From: Trichinella spiralis
Taxonomy: Eukaryota
Direction of reading: 5' to 3'
Assembly: GCF_000181795.1 (NCBI RefSeq)
Contig: NW_003526944.1
Span: forward strand, 2,648,205 to 2,712,204
Length of the DNA stretch: 64,000 nt
The notes beneath the pieces were generated by a model, which saw only the letters and a program-made list of their open reading frames with translations, was not told where the DNA came from and made no database searches. Both the position numbers and the translations under genes were made by a program. Below, piece by piece: positions 11,110 to 26,370 of this stretch. How positions within the stretch are numbered: the first letter of the stretch is position 1; each line of letters opens with the position of its first letter.

Positions 11110-14100
11110 CTAACCAGAGCTGGATTTAGAACACTCTACACCACCACCGTTTGACGTCAACGCAGCTTCCGATGATGATCTGTTGTTATCGATGTCACTT
11201 TTCGTATGTTGTTGTTGTTGCTGCTCCTGTTGCTGTTGCTGCTGCTGCTGCTGCTGCTGTTCTTTCACATAAGCACTTGGATTTTCAACAGTTTTGCAAA
11301 ACCATTCAGTAAAATGACACAACTCTTCCTTGGCCGCTTTGCATTCGTGAAACAGAGTTTTGTTCTCATCGCTAAGACGTGAAATTTCCATTTCAAGCTT
11401 CCTCTTATTTTCCCTTTCCTTAATTTTCGAAACATTAAAAATTACAATGAAATAAATGCTCATGATGCAAAAACAACAACAACAACAACAAAATAATAAT
11501 AATAAATCGATTATTTACAAAATTCAACTCAGCCAAAAGCTGATGAACACGATCCTCAAGTAGAACAATCTTGCGTCTTGAAGCTTGCAAAATAAGATTG
11601 TAGCTGCTCAGTTCGGGACTGCCCCGTTGACTGACCGCAGCCACCTGAGCAATACCTTCAATGGCACGTGTTGCTAAATCGACCAAACTGGAACATTTGA
11701 TCAAGTCGCCCATCGGTGGTCGTGGTGCTTGGTTGTTTTTTGATGCGCTGCTGTAAAGTTCCAATCCGATACAACATATCAGTATAAAACAGACAACAAT
11801 ACAACAATTATTACCTGATTGACCATCCATTGTCAGCAAGAAAATTCGCTTGACGTCGTGCAAGACCACGTGAATTGGTGTTGATCAGAATCGCGTCGTC
11901 GTCAAAAGCATTTTCATGCAGTCGAGATGCAGAATCATCTGGCTCTGTTGTAACAGGCAACGCCGGCAGGTCGGTTCGATTTTTGTACGTCTTCGGAGGC
12001 AACGGTGGCGCTTGGTAATTCGCCAATTTTGTATGCTTCATCGCATCGCTGTGAAAGCCGTGGAATTTTCAAATTTCAACTTTCATTCAAACAACAACAG
12101 TCCACCAACTTACTACCTGGCAGAAAATGATGGTCGATTGGCTTTGACGATCATTGAACAGGGGTCGTTAGTGATGTTCAGGGTCAAATTGCGAGGTGAA
12201 GAGCCACCGCCAGCACCACTGCCCGAAAACGATATCTGCTCAGCAGCCGGAGTAGTGGGATCTTTGCAACAGCATGACGACGCCGTGGAATTGACCACCG
12301 ACGACCGATCAGTGCGAGCTGTTTTGCAAAACTGACCAACCGGAGGAGCTTCAGTGGACAGATCGCTGCTACCTCCAGAAGAAGACGAGCTGAGCGTTTT
12401 GGTGCGTATTTTGGGCTGCAATTTCAACGACTGATACCAACGATCTTCGCTCGACAAACTGCTCGTTGTAGTCGACTGATAATCGGCACTGTTTCTTGTA
12501 CTATCAAAGCCGCTGTCGTGGTGAACGGTCGGGTCTCCATAGCAAGTCAAACGCCTTCAAATAAGAAAAAAAAACACTCTTTCTCATACTGGGCTGTAAT
12601 CATAAACGGAAACTTTCTTCTTGTCGTTGGAATAATATTAAACAAATTATTAATCATTCCACAATTACCTAGAACGAAGTTCATCCAGTGATTTCGACGA
12701 GTAGCCGGACACCCGTTCTCCGGTTTCCGTTTGCACTTTTAATTCACGCTTGCATTTCGACCCGGTCAAGCTTTCTGCAATGGTACCAGATCGTTGTCGA
12801 TGCATGACAGTCTCGTAACTAAATGGGAGAATAAGAAAAACAAAATTTAATTAGAAGAATAAAAAAAAGAAATTCATTTCTGATTTTCCACAAACAGTAT
12901 GTATGTATGTACAGATGGAAAATTTATACCTGGGTGGTGATCGACCGGGAAGATGTGGGGGAAACGTGCCGGAGTGTGGAACCCAGTCGGTGGGAATGAT
13001 CGGTGCCACTTCACCCCTCACGGCCGGGCAGTGTGGATCCTCACAACCCCGTCGCGGTGAGCCATCTTCGAGTGGCGGAATTACCAAAACACGAGTATTG
13101 GCATTTTTCAAAAATTCCAACATTTTCGGATACGTCAACGACGCAACTGACACTTTGGAAATCTGCAATGAAAAAGATACACTCATCAGTGGACAATTGG
13201 TCGATCAGAGCAACAAAACAAAAACCTCGACAATTCTAGAACCCTGACGCAAACCGGCCAACCATGACGATCCGTACATATCGACGTCGTTGACGATTCC
13301 TTCATACTGAATCCTGAAGTCCAACACATCGCTAGGACTGTGTCTGAGAATCATTTCCTGAGTCTATCAAAGAAAAAATACGTTCGACAAATTCCACGCA
13401 TTCAACTCAATATACATATATAATATATACTTCGTATCCTTTGGTGACCATTTTCAACCTGGTAATGATGTCATTCAGAATCAGTCCATCGTCGTCGTCG
13501 ACCGTTCTCAAAATGATCACATCCGCGTGATCATAGTACAATTTCAAACTGTTCCCTTGAGAAGTCCAACCAATCACTGAATGCGTAGCTGTGCAGAACA
13601 ATGTGATGTTCGACGATCGTTCAATCATCACCAAATAATCTACTGATATGCCCAAATAACAGTCGATCGTACTACACAAGCTGAAGTTTTCAAGCTGTAA
13701 TTTGAAGAAACAATTATAAAAGGAATATCGAACCAAATTTTCAATGTTAAATACATACTTCCGTCAAAACCTGAACATCCCATACCACTGCACCGTGATT
13801 GAATGCTTCCAGAAATACTTTTGGTTTAGGACGATCTTTTCGCTTGTTACCCAAAATTTTTGCTAAAATAAAAATTAAGGATAAGGGATAAATAAAATAG
13901 ATAAATCCAATACAGAATGCAACATTGAAAAGTGAACAACAGTTCTTAACTTACAAGTAATTTTCACCGATGAACTTTCAATTGAATGGGAAATGCAATG
14001 ATTTTCAGCCAACTCGCGCATAAATTCTCGTCGAGTACGTGCAGCCATTTGAGCGAACTTGGCCGACTTGTGCACTGCATTTTCAGCATTGATAACTGTT

Positions 14101-17100
14101 TCGTTTTGAAAAGCAATATTTTAAAAATTGGAAAAAATATTAGCAAAAAAAGAATCATTAAATCACTTTTTGTCAATAAAAATTCCCTGAACTCTTGGCT
14201 CCTCGGAAATAAGTAGTTTGCCGGAACTGGAGGACCAAATACTGGTACATCTTTGAAACGAGTAACGGCGATGCTTCAATAAAATAGAAATCAAATAAAC
14301 AAATAAACAAACAAACAATTGTTTTGTTGCTCAAAATTAATAACAATAAAAATAAAATTCCATCATACCTGTATTGCACATTATCAGTACCGGCGTCGAC
14401 CGCTCGAACAATAATAAATACATGCTGAAAATGAGAGCGCATGGTTTGCGCGTTGAATGGCATAGCGCCTGGTTCTTGAAAAATAATCGTAACTATATCA
14501 TTGCCAATATGTCGTTTTCGCGCAAGCTACATAAAATACATGAACACAAATGAAAATACACGGGCATGTATTTATTATGGGTACATGGCGCATAATTACC
14601 TGCTGACGATTACTAGGAGTAAAGGGCAGCATAGTTGAAACGTGAAACATAATTTCGTATTGTTGATAAGTAGTATAAACAGAATGAGTTCCAGTCGAAT
14701 CACCCTTATTATCCAAACCTCCTTTGTATTTGTCGAAACCTTTCAAGCGAATTCGATCACCAAGAATATCTAAAAATTCTTCAAACGCTGGGGTCGAAAA
14801 TTCTGCAAAAATAAAGCTAATAATACAAGTTCAAATCAAACAAACAAATCGCCAATAATTATACCGTTGTTGTACATGTGCTCTTCAGTACACTGATTTG
14901 CTTTGCATAACAGCACACCAACTTTGTACCTTGTATAAATCTGCATACAATGTGTAGAATAGAAAATTGGATTAATCAAATGTTGTCAATTGAATGAATG
15001 AAAATGGTTTGGTGTTTTACCGCTTGTTCGTCAAGTTTAAGTAACATTTCTTCAGTTCTAGGCAACGGGACGGCAAGTTTCAAACAACTGCTGGTCAGTT
15101 CAGGAATGACCAGCTCCAGAATTTCTTTTACAGGAATTTTTGTCGAACTCGATGACACTAAACCACTGGCAAAGCCTGTCGGGCTCATCGGTTGAGATAC
15201 AGTCTGCGCTTGCTCTTTGGTGAGCTGATAGCTCGGCAAACTTTCCTCAATAATCGAACCACGGAAAGTGGACAACTATTTAAATAAATGAAACACTGGT
15301 GAAAACAATCGAATAAACAAAAAATTCAATGCACTATGCATATTTACATCACTGAGACGTATGATGATGCGATACACGTACGGACTGGACAAGTTTGACA
15401 ATCTCGCTTGAATAACGTCCAACTTATCGCGAGCAATGCTGATCGCCACCGGACCGAGATTTTCATCAATACCGAAATAATTTTGATGAGCTAAACACAA
15501 CAAATATACACACATACACACTCATACAGAAGCTGCACGACATCAACAAACAAGCAATGTATTTGAAAAAAAATAAAATTCATGTAGCGTTCAAAAAACA
15601 TCACAAGCTATACCCATCACAGTCACTTACGAACGGATCCATGCACGCATATATTGAAAAACAAAATAGAAATCAAATGTAGAAAAAAAATACATTTCAC
15701 GAAAAAATGGTGCTTTTAGAACTAACTGTATTAATTAAAATAAATCAAACATCATTTTTCATCGCTCGATATACTACTACCACTACTACTACAAATACTA
15801 ATAATCAGAATAAGAATAAAGCACAAGAAGTGCTTTTCAAAATACAAATAAAATATCAGAAAGTGCAAAAATGCTCATTTCAAATTCAAATCAATTCATG
15901 ATAAATGATTCTCAACTTTGCATGTTACAGGTAACACATTAATTTAGCTTGCGTGATTTGAACTGAAAATTGTGAAATGAAACACAACTGAATCGTGCTT
16001 AACTTTGCACATGGCGGTAGAAATAGATGCAGCATTTGATCAAATCAAATTTATTAATTAATCATCAATTTTCATTTTCAAACAAGCACGGTGTGCATGT
16101 TATCAACAAACAAACAACAACAACAAATACAGTGCAATACAATACAAAATACAAGTCACTACTTGAGTTAAAAAATTACAATAAACTATAACAAATTTAT
16201 GCCAAAAGTCATCACATCTTACTAGATATTTATTTATTTAAAGCTTTTAGAAAAAATTCATTCTCACGTTTGTACTCCACTTTCAAATACTGTTGCAGTT
16301 CATTGATGTCAGTTCAGTAAATTAAAATCAAATAAATAAAGATGCTCAAAGGTATAACAGACAAATTTTAAAATAATAATAATAATAATACTAAAGTAAT
16401 ACTAATCTATATCGCTCTGAAAATAATGCGCCACAATTTATTGCTTACAATGAATAAATAAAGAATGCATGAATGGATGGATGACTGGAATATACAAATG
16501 AATGAATGAATGAATGAGTGAATGAACGAATGGAATGGAATGCTTCTTACAGAGAACAATTTTCTTCATCGATTAAGAAAAGCATAAATTGAAAGACATC
16601 GATTTTTAAATAGTATCATTTCATTGCTTCCTTCACAACAATTAACATACAAACAATCGTTATAAGAATAGGTTTCGTTCCATTTGATTCCTTTCTTTAC
16701 TTATTATTCTGTTTTTTGAAACCACCACGTAAGATTCAGTTATCTTCACTTGTTTTATAAATAAATAATATTTCTATTTATATTTTATACTGTTAAAACA
16801 ATGAAATTTAATAATGTTGTAAATTTAAATTGCGATACATTAAAATATAACAGGGAAGAAAACTAAGTAGCACACTGTTTGTTGATTATACAAAAACCAA
16901 TAATAAGAATAATGGAAAAGCAAATTTCCACTACTAATTACACTGATAATAAGATACAGTAAACATAAATGACCAATTCTACGTTCGTTCATAACATTAA
17001 GTGATGGGCAAGAAGAGTACAGTATATGTTCACAAATGCACGCTACATTTAACATGTTTTGTTTCCTAAATTTTGCAAAACATTATTGTAGTTGCATCTG

Positions 17101-20100
17101 CATTATTTTTGATTTGAAAAAAAATAAAAGTAACAAAATAACAAACGTTTTAACTTTGAAAATAAAAAAAGAAAATTCTATAAAATGTGTAAAAGTTATC
17201 GAAATAGTTCGGGTAGGAAACGTAGCCTAACTTCACCTAACTGTCATCCAACCATGCATGCGGCACGCATGGTTAGTTCGATCATTGATTTGTGCATAAT
17301 CGCGTCGTTTGACGCTTATTAAAATGAAAATCCATGGAAACCATTACATTACATTAGAAGTAGAATGACGACGGAAAACACAAGCCGGCTGACATAACAC
17401 AAGGTAGTCGTCGTCATCAAAACAAAAAACTAACAGTGTACAATTGAATAAAAATATAAAATCATGACAGAATTAACAATACAATAAAATAAATAAATGG
17501 TAAAATTCATAAATCATGTCATGAATATTATCTACATTTATGCAGTAAAAAAAAGAAATATTATAATACAATCCACCATCAATTATTAATAAACAATAAA
17601 TAATCGATCAATCAGTCGTATGCTCAGAGTGAATTTTAAACTTCAAATAAAGATCAGAAAAAAGAAAAATAGAAAAACAGCATATATACATACCTTTGCC
17701 AAGAAAACAGTGTCTGTAATAAAAAGCACCGTGATCTACGTGTTCAATGACGAGCTGCGGTTGCCTGTATGCGCAGAGTCTACCACCGAGGTAGACGTTG
17801 CCCAAATTTTCCAACACGCAAGCTTCGGCTGCGGAAGGTATCCGATGCCAGGTTTCCAAGTGCTCTTTGGCCGTCAACGTTGGACGAGTCGGATCGGCAC
17901 TGTTGGGCAACAATGGATCGCTGGCAAGGGCGGTGTCGGCAGAGCTATTCGACACGTCCTGCACTATCCAACGCCGACGATAGCGTTCCGTGCCCAGGCT
18001 AACGTGTCTGGTGGGCTCGCCGCCAATTTCACCGCGGAAAAACGGGCAAGCGGTGACCAAAGCGTTGCACTTGCCGTCGCCTTCGTCAATCGGCGACTGA
18101 GGCGCCTGGGATGACGACGGTCCGTCGTCGATTGAACCGGAGTCCATCGGTGAAGCCCCGGGCAAAAAATCCAACGTCCCACCAACACCGACCGTGGTGC
18201 CACTGTTGCGCGGTAACACCGCCGCCGACGACAACGACGAACCGGACGATGGAAACGAACCCGAACCGGCAACGGACCCCGGCTGAGTGACAGTCGCGGT
18301 GCCGGACGCATGGGCATGCATGCAGCCACCGCCATCCCTAGTCTGACTAGTGCGAAGTGAAAAGTTGCTCAGCAGCTGACCACTGTCCGCGCAGATGCTG
18401 TGGCAATCATAATGGGAGAAGAAAAGTTTCCGGCATCGTTCCTCGACCGCTGGCGCCCAACATTCAGTCGCAACCTCTTGACGTGTACCGGCGACCATCG
18501 AAGCGACCGAGTTCATGATCCTCAACGACGAATCTTCGCTGAACGCTTTGCCACCGGCAACGATCAGCTTTTTCAATATGGAATCGTTTGCCGCTTTGCG
18601 CGTACCATGCGGCTTGCGTGATTCCTTCCTGGCCACTTTCTTGAAGCCATCCTAAAGTGAAAAAGTCAAATTTACACACTGAAACAGTGGAAAAAGCAAA
18701 ATTTTTTTCGTCTTCTTCTTTTGTTAAATACATCACTCGTGCTAAACACTTCCAAAGCAAGCAAGCAACCCACCGACCAAGCATATAGAGCTCAGCTTGC
18801 TGCTCAAACATCAATAAGTGAGTCTGTGTGCGCGCAAGTACGGTCGGTCAATATATATAATTGCAGCTTGTCAAGCGATAGGCCAAAGCAGTCATGCAGC
18901 GATAGCAACGCGCTTTTTGTCCAACGCCGACGCCCTTTCCTCCTCCTACTCCCCCCGTCGGTCTCACCATTTTCACCGTTTCTCATGTTTTCTTTTCTAC
19001 TTTTCAAATTCGTCTCTCATTTCAAATAACTTTGCTGACTGAACGGAGAAAGCATTTATTATTGACCAACATCAATATGAATTTGACTTGCAATCTTTTA
19101 CACTGCTGAATAGAATTACAAAACAAAGAAAAAAGGAGGACGATAAGCGGCCGAAGCCGCATCATAATTTCGATGAAAAAGCAAATATATATATATATAT
19201 ATATATGTGCATATCAGTGCAAAGTAAGCGATACTGCTCCTCTTCTATATTGAAAAATGGGACAATTTGTTCTTGTAATTATTCTTCAGCTAGAAAAGCG
19301 CGTACGGATGGATTTTTCCAGCAATCAGATGCCGATTTCATTATTTGCCCGAGGGAAGCCACATTTGACGCCGGCCGGCCAAAGATCAATGCTTGCCAGC
19401 TAGAGATTTGCAAGCAAGAATGCTCATGCCTACACGTCTGCTTGCATGAGCATGTAACAGCACATTGCATTCGCAGGACGATTCTTTTATAACTTTTTCT
19501 ACTTGCTTATTTCTCTCTCACTCACTCTCTCTCTCTCTCATATCACACCCCTTTTTTTGCATATGAGTATTCAAGATAACTAGCATGACTGACTCTGAGC
19601 AATAAATAATTGACTACTATTTTCTAAATTTTCCAACAGTTTGTCCAAACTCACTTGAAATATTTTTTACAAAATTAGACAAAAAAAACAACTCTTAAGA
19701 CACCACTTTCATCATATATTGAGCAAAATTTGTAATATTCTGAATTTGTAAAATCAATGATAACAACTGACATCGACGAGAAGAAGAAACATTTTCTGTC
19801 ATCTGCAATCGGATGTGCTTGAAAATCTCTGTCAGTATGAGAAAAAAAACTTTATTACATCAGCCCGTACTAAAGCGCCGGCGATTCTCATTAATAGCCA
19901 AACTCTGCAAAAGCTAAAAGCCTCGTAAAAGTTTTACACATCTGTGTACACAAACAAGCTAGTTGAGTATAATAATAATAATAATAATTACTATTATTTT
20001 AAAGTAATTGCAAAGCAGTCGGACAAAACACACTTTTAAAAATAATGCGCAGTAGCCAAAATGGTAAATATTATAATACTGTTTAAGATTCAATTTGAAA

Positions 20101-23100
20101 AATAGTAGCGTGACAGATGTGTTCTCATTTTGCTTTTATTGGAAAAAGTTCGAGTGCTATTCAACTGACAATTAGCTATCGCTTACAATACTAATTTTGT
20201 TCGTAAATATTGTTGGAAAAACACAGCTGACAAATAATGAATTTGAAAATAAATTACTGATTTCAAAATGAGTGCATCATCATATTGATGTAAAATAATG
20301 TCGAAAAGCAATTTATCATCTGAAATTAGTCTTCCAAATTCAAAAGATATTATTACTTATTACAGTGAGAAAACTGAAAACAGAATATACAAATATTATT
20401 GATGAATACTAAACAGCTCCCACGTTTGTTTAGGTAATGTGAAAATGATAATTACTAAATATTATTATTAATAATGATGATGCATTTTGAAATAACTGCT
20501 TGTTAAAAATGAAAAACACTACCACCATCGTTTCTGCATACATGCATGCGTATGTATGAAACTATACAACTATGCGATTACATGAGTTAGCCTGCCTGCC
20601 TGCCTGCCGGCCAACTACATGCAATATAATAATGATATAGCATAAAACGCATAATCTATTGAGAAAGCATCGCTTGCAAAAAGAAAAAGAAGAAAAAAAA
20701 TCGCGCAAAAATGACAACAGGCGCCGCCAATTGGACAAAGCAAAGCGCAACCAGAAAAGTGTGCATAATAAATATATCGGTGGAAAATATTGAAAATCAA
20801 TAATGATAGATCACGCGCAGCCGCCTTCCCCTCATCTTGAGCACACTACACACGCCCTTCTTCTTCTTCTTCTTCCGGCTGTTTTTCTCTTGGAACAGCA
20901 CACAAACTCAGAACTGACGCTTCCGGCCAAAAAGATTCATCCATCCATGCGATCATTTTTCTTGCCATTCCGTTTCATCTATACACCAGTAATGGAAAGA
21001 AGAAGAAGAAGAAGAAGAAAATACAAGGGAATTGCAATTCAGCTGCTGAAAAATGAACACGACGGGGATGAAACTGTAAGCATGTGTAGATGAATGGATA
21101 GATAGATAGATAGATAGATAGATGGCAATAAATTGTCATCCCATCTTGCCCGATCCTAAATGTTAAATCTTTCTTTTTCCATTAAAAAAATGAACAAACA
21201 GAAAATTCATTATTCTTTCTTCCACTTTTTTTCAATGCTTCTGTTCGTGGGTAGATAAAAACCACATTAAAACCAAGAAAAACATTAACAACAATGCATC
21301 AAAATCGATCTCATTCAACTCGCCGTAGAATAATTGAAATGCAAAACTGTGCAGGCAGTTTTCATATTTTAGACGACTGCAATAGTGTGAAAATCAGCAG
21401 AACACTATTATCGCTGTTACTACTGCCCCTACTACTGGATCATTCGAATAAGTGTTCGACTGAAAGAGCATGCTAGATTTGTTTATTCGAACCTCCCGAG
21501 CTTACTTGAAGCGCGCAATCAAGCACAACCGAAAATTTGGCAGAGAAAAAAGAATATTAAAAACGGCAAACCTATACACACAATAAACGTTGTTCAATCA
21601 CTGCACTGCTGGGTTAAAGAACGAATGACGAAACTGAACAAATAAAATTCCTACCCCTCCGCCGCCCCACCCTACTCAACCTGCCCCTTGATCAGTGGTG
21701 GCACAAAACAGCAGCATTCATCGACTAAGAACAACTTGCAAAAGTGGAAAGAAAAATTATTTGTCTGTTCCACTGATGACTCCATAATAGCATATGATCA
21801 AAGCAGTCACCACTGAAGCGTAAAATCAAAGTACAAACCTACAACCATCGCTAGAATCCCACGAAACACATATCTAATTTGACACAACAACTGACTGCTA
21901 ATCATCGAAATTGCTGCATTGGAAGAGAAGAAAAATAAATAAATACATAAATAAATAATTCATTAATGAATTAAATATGCATATACTTGTCTATATATAT
22001 AACGATGCCACAGAATAATCCATTATGATTGATAAAATAAGCAAATTCTTTGCCAAAGGCAAAAGAAAACAAATACTGAAGCACTTTTGCATAAACATCT
22101 GAAATAGAAAGAACAAAATCGATCGCGCGGCAAAATCAAACGTAACCATCCATCGGAAGACTGGCAATATACGTTGATCAAAATAGAAAGAATTAATTTA
22201 TGAATCAAGTGTTAAACAGATGCAATAATTCAAGCCCAACTGTTCAACGGAAATCAACAATGACGAATAATACACGCAATAACTGCCAGCTGCAAGTGAA
22301 ATACAGTTTCATATTATAATGAAGAAAATAAATTTCCTTTCAAAAGAAATACAATTATTCAGCTTTGTAGCAGTAGCAGCGGTAGTTGCTGCGAATAATT
22401 TTTTTCCTTTTTAAATATTAATGAAACGAATAATAACAAAACATAATCAATAAGTAATAGTTTCAATCCGATAACTATCATCGCAATGTTCAGAACTGAC
22501 ATACCTCTGTATGAGCCCAAATTATTTGTAGTGAAAATGAATTAATGCGGCAAATGATTGGCAAAAAAGATTGATTTCAAAAAAATAAACAGCAGATAAT
22601 TTGATGTTGCAAAAATAATACAATAATACTGAACAGGGTCAAAAATAGAATAAAAAATGAAAGAAAAATGAAGAAAAAGAAGCGGATGAAAAACCACAAG
22701 AAGAGCAGTGGAGTAAAAATTGATTAGAAAATTGTTTTGCCGTTGGTGTAGTGGAAGGTAAAAATTTCAAAACTGCGCAAACCGATCGCAAGAACAGATC
22801 AATAAGTCGCCTGGGATGACTTTATGAACACAAACGCACACACACACACATACACAAGCATACACTTACTCTCACTCACTAACACACACTAGACACACAC
22901 AGCAGAGCTGAGTGAAATGGCTGCTGTCGTTGACAATGCACGCATGCTAAAGCACGTTGAGATGTTGTGTAATAGATTGACGGCATTTTGCAAAATCGGA
23001 TCGTGCTAATTGTCGTCCAAATTTCGTGCATGCGCAAAACGGCTCCAAAGCCACTCCTCATCACCGCTTTGCAGCTATGGCAGCAGCGGCATTATACATC

Positions 23101-26100
23101 CTGCTGAACTGTAATTTCTCTTCCAGCCACTCCCACCAGCTACACTCACTATTAACTTGTTCACCGAACAGCAGGCAGAAAATGGCAAAAAGCTGTTGTG
23201 CAGCTCTTTTCAGTTCAACTGACAGTCTGATTGAATTTTTTTGTTGCAAAATAAAATAAATTAATCTAGCTGAGCAAGAGAAAAAAATGTGAAGCGATAT
23301 CCTCTGATTGTTGTGCTCGTTGCATTCAATTCACAGTTCATAATTGCCATAAATCAAAATTTAAATAATTTTTATCAACTGTGAAATAACAACACATTTG
23401 CCCGAGGGGAGGGGTGAACTATAACAAACACGCATACGCAACGTAGACGACGAAATTGGATTTCACTTGATGATAAAATACCTGTGAGTGGAATACCAAC
23501 CTTCCTCCTGTTTAAACTTTTATTCCAAACCTTTCCTATAAGTTTATTAAAACATATATGCATGATATGCAACTGCTTACAATAAATTACATTAAAATAA
23601 AAAGCATACGTGTAGGTGCTATAAAATGTGAACCAAAAACTGATGAAGAGAGGTAAAGAGAAGAGAGAGCGAGACAGAGAGAAAGCAAGAGAAAAAGTGA
23701 GGAAACCCAAACGACGTAAGCGATCATAGATGAACAGAATGATTGAAAAGAAAGTCAACAGTTGCATGACAGCAATTTTGGAATTCAAATTGCGCAGTTT
23801 AAAATCAAATTGAGTAGAAGAAAAAAAAGTTTCAACAACATCAATAGATGGATAGCTGGGTAAGTGGTTAGATGGATGGATGGATGGATAGATGGATAGC
23901 CAAAACGGAACAATAGTGCAATCAAAAATTGGAAAGAAATCCCCTTCTTGCAGCTAAAGCAGCAGTTTATTCTCTTCAACGATAATAGACAGATATATAT
24001 AATACATACATCACACACACACACACGCACACATAAAATGGAAACACTTGCTTGCTTGTCTGATCATCGACAGAATCAATAACAACTAGGTGATGCATTT
24101 CCGCAACAATTTTTCAAAAAAATGAATAAATAAGTAAATAAATAAAAAAGAGTAGAAAATTCATCTCAATCTAAGTGAAATATATTTTCTATAGCAAAGA
24201 ATTGAAAAATTTTTTTTACTTTTCAAATTCACTTTCTCTTTTTCATGTATTCATTTATTCATTCATATTTATTAAATAAATGAAAAATGTAAAAAAAGAT
24301 TATCAATTTATGAAATTTTCAATTTCAATTCAAATAATTATAATAATTAATCCATTGTGAAAAGTTTATCAAACACTGTTGTGGTTCAGTTGAATTCAGA
24401 TTAGTAAAAATATAAATATTAACAACATAAAACAGTACAGTAAAAATTTCTTTGAAATACTTTTCCAATAGTTGAACAGGATTCAATAAATAACAGAAAC
24501 AACGATAATCGCAAAGGGGAGAATCGAAAGATGAATTATCGTGTTTCGTGGATGTTATGGAAAAGCAATTCAATTTTTTTTTGAATAACAGTAATTTTCT
24601 GTTAAAGCTCATGAGACCATTTCTACTACACTAATCTGGCTAATCAGTCTTTGTAACATAGCAACAACAGCGCTTCTTCTTATTCTTCTTCTATTGATTT
24701 ACTGACTATTAAGTATGCAGCAAAAGCAAAAAAGCAAAAAATGAAAAACCACAACAGCTAACAAATAAGCAGAAAAACAAAACAACACTACTACTACTAC
24801 TCAACATAAGAGGATAAGGTTTGGTTTTCTTTTTTTTTTTTAAATCATCACTAATCATTTCTCAAATTTCACAATCTTCTTGCCACAACACGTATGAATC
24901 CATAAGATTTAACAAATAATACCCCTCCCCCACTCTCCCTTGCCTTCCCTCGTATATAATATGCAACTATTTCGTATTACGTTTTGCATTTGCAAATGAA
25001 AAGTCAAATGCATTTTAAAATTTGCCAAAAAGTAAAATGGACATCGTCGATGCGCGACCAGCGGATAAAACGCGCGTGAATATACATACAATCATTTCTC
25101 CTCTACATTCTCGTGCAAATGAGCAAAGTTTGCAGAGAAAAATTCTCATCACAGTTGAAAACAAAACAAAAAAAACTTACCGACAAAGAACTGGGAAAGT
25201 TGGAAACGTTGTGTGAACGTGGTGATGAGGAAAGTGGATGATGAGTCAAGTCTGTCGAACAGCCTCCCAAATCGACCGCCTTGGCTCTCCTGAGCGTGCG
25301 TTGCTGTTTCAGCACAGACGACGGTTGTTGACTAGTACAACTGCTGCTACCATTGTCCACTGGTGACAGTGATGCAATGAAATGACCATGGTCAGTACTC
25401 TTATTATTATTATTATTATTGGTGTGGTAGTTGCTGTTTGTGGTGGTGACATTGTTGCGGTATTTCGTGCAAACCTCCTTTTCACAAAGAGGTGATACGG
25501 TTGTCATTGTACCAGGTGGAGTAGAAAAATTAGAAAGTGTCGAACCAGCCGACAGTGAAAAGTGCTTTCCAGAAATATCGCCAGGACAATTTGTCACCAA
25601 GTCGACACCTTGGCTAGAGGAAAACTTTGCCAAATGATGCTTGTGGATGATGTTGCCGTTGTCGACGGGGGCAGTTTCTTCAACGGGAAAATTGTGACAA
25701 GAGCTCAAATCAAGTTGACTCAGACTACGTGTCGTTGAGGATACACGATTTTTCTTCTTCTGCTGTTGGAAATGTGCCGACGAAGGGATCGACTCTTCGT
25801 TTGGAGATGGTTCACAGTCCGAGGCGACACTTCGTCTGAACAACGAGAACCGCTCTTTCAGAGAACCCTTGCGTTTGGAGGGCGCGGCTTTGGACGTCCG
25901 TTGCAAACCGGGCTGAAGGTCGACCTGGCCGAATGTGAACTCCATCTGCGCATCTTCGCTTCCAGAGCAGCTTGGGGCGGTGGCTTTAACGGACGCCTCG
26001 TCCTGGTGGTTGTGGTGGTGATGGTGATGGTGGTGGTGGTGGTGACCAACGTTGCGCAGCTTGGATTTGAAAAACGAACCGGGCTTCAATGTCAACGAAC

Positions 26101-26370
26101 CGTTGTTGTCCACAGTTGCAGCAGTGCTGGCGTCGTCGACGGTCGACGGCAACGTGCACAGCGTGTCCACGTCGCAGCTGAACGGCCGATTGAGCAGGCG
26201 AGCCCTGACGCCTTGGGAAATTCGACGAAGCTTCACACCGTACGAATCGCCCGCACTGGCCGGCGAAGCTGTTGGCGCCGGTGGAAGCCGACCCCGCTGG
26301 CCAATGGCCGCAGCCTTGCCACCGCTGCTGTCCAGCTTGTTGAAACGGTTCAAAATGTTGAAAATGCCAT
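11110..26370 (-). CDS. sipa-1: SIPA1/SIPA1L-family Rap GTPase-activating protein (RapGAP + PDZ + C-terminal coiled coil); 5' end uncertain
   Basis: Phase-consistent exons: about 26335-25181, 18651-17694, 15490-15348, 15275-15021, 14940-14865, 14802-14600, 14526-14369, 14273-14167, 14095-13955, 13862-13771, 13694-13431, 13363-13226, 13162-12930, 12818-12669, 12554-12117, 12048-11815, 11750-11519, 11418-11110. Family motifs: [95 protein letters not shown] (catalytic Asn), [25 protein letters not shown] and [14 protein letters not shown]. Confidence 0.93.
11207..11260 (-). repeat. CAG/CAA trinucleotide tract encoding poly-Gln in the SIPA1L terminal exon
   Basis: The + strand shows tgt/tgc repeats; translates as [19 protein letters not shown]. 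Confidence 0.85.
21097..21123. repeat. (GATA)n microsatellite in a SIPA1L intron
   Basis: gatagatagatagatagatagatagat read directly from the sequence. Confidence 0.9.

Noticed and set aside
17620..18814. Several ORFs overlapping SIPA1L exon 18651-17694
   Set aside because: Only the minus frame carries SIPA1-family motifs and phase-compatible splice sites.
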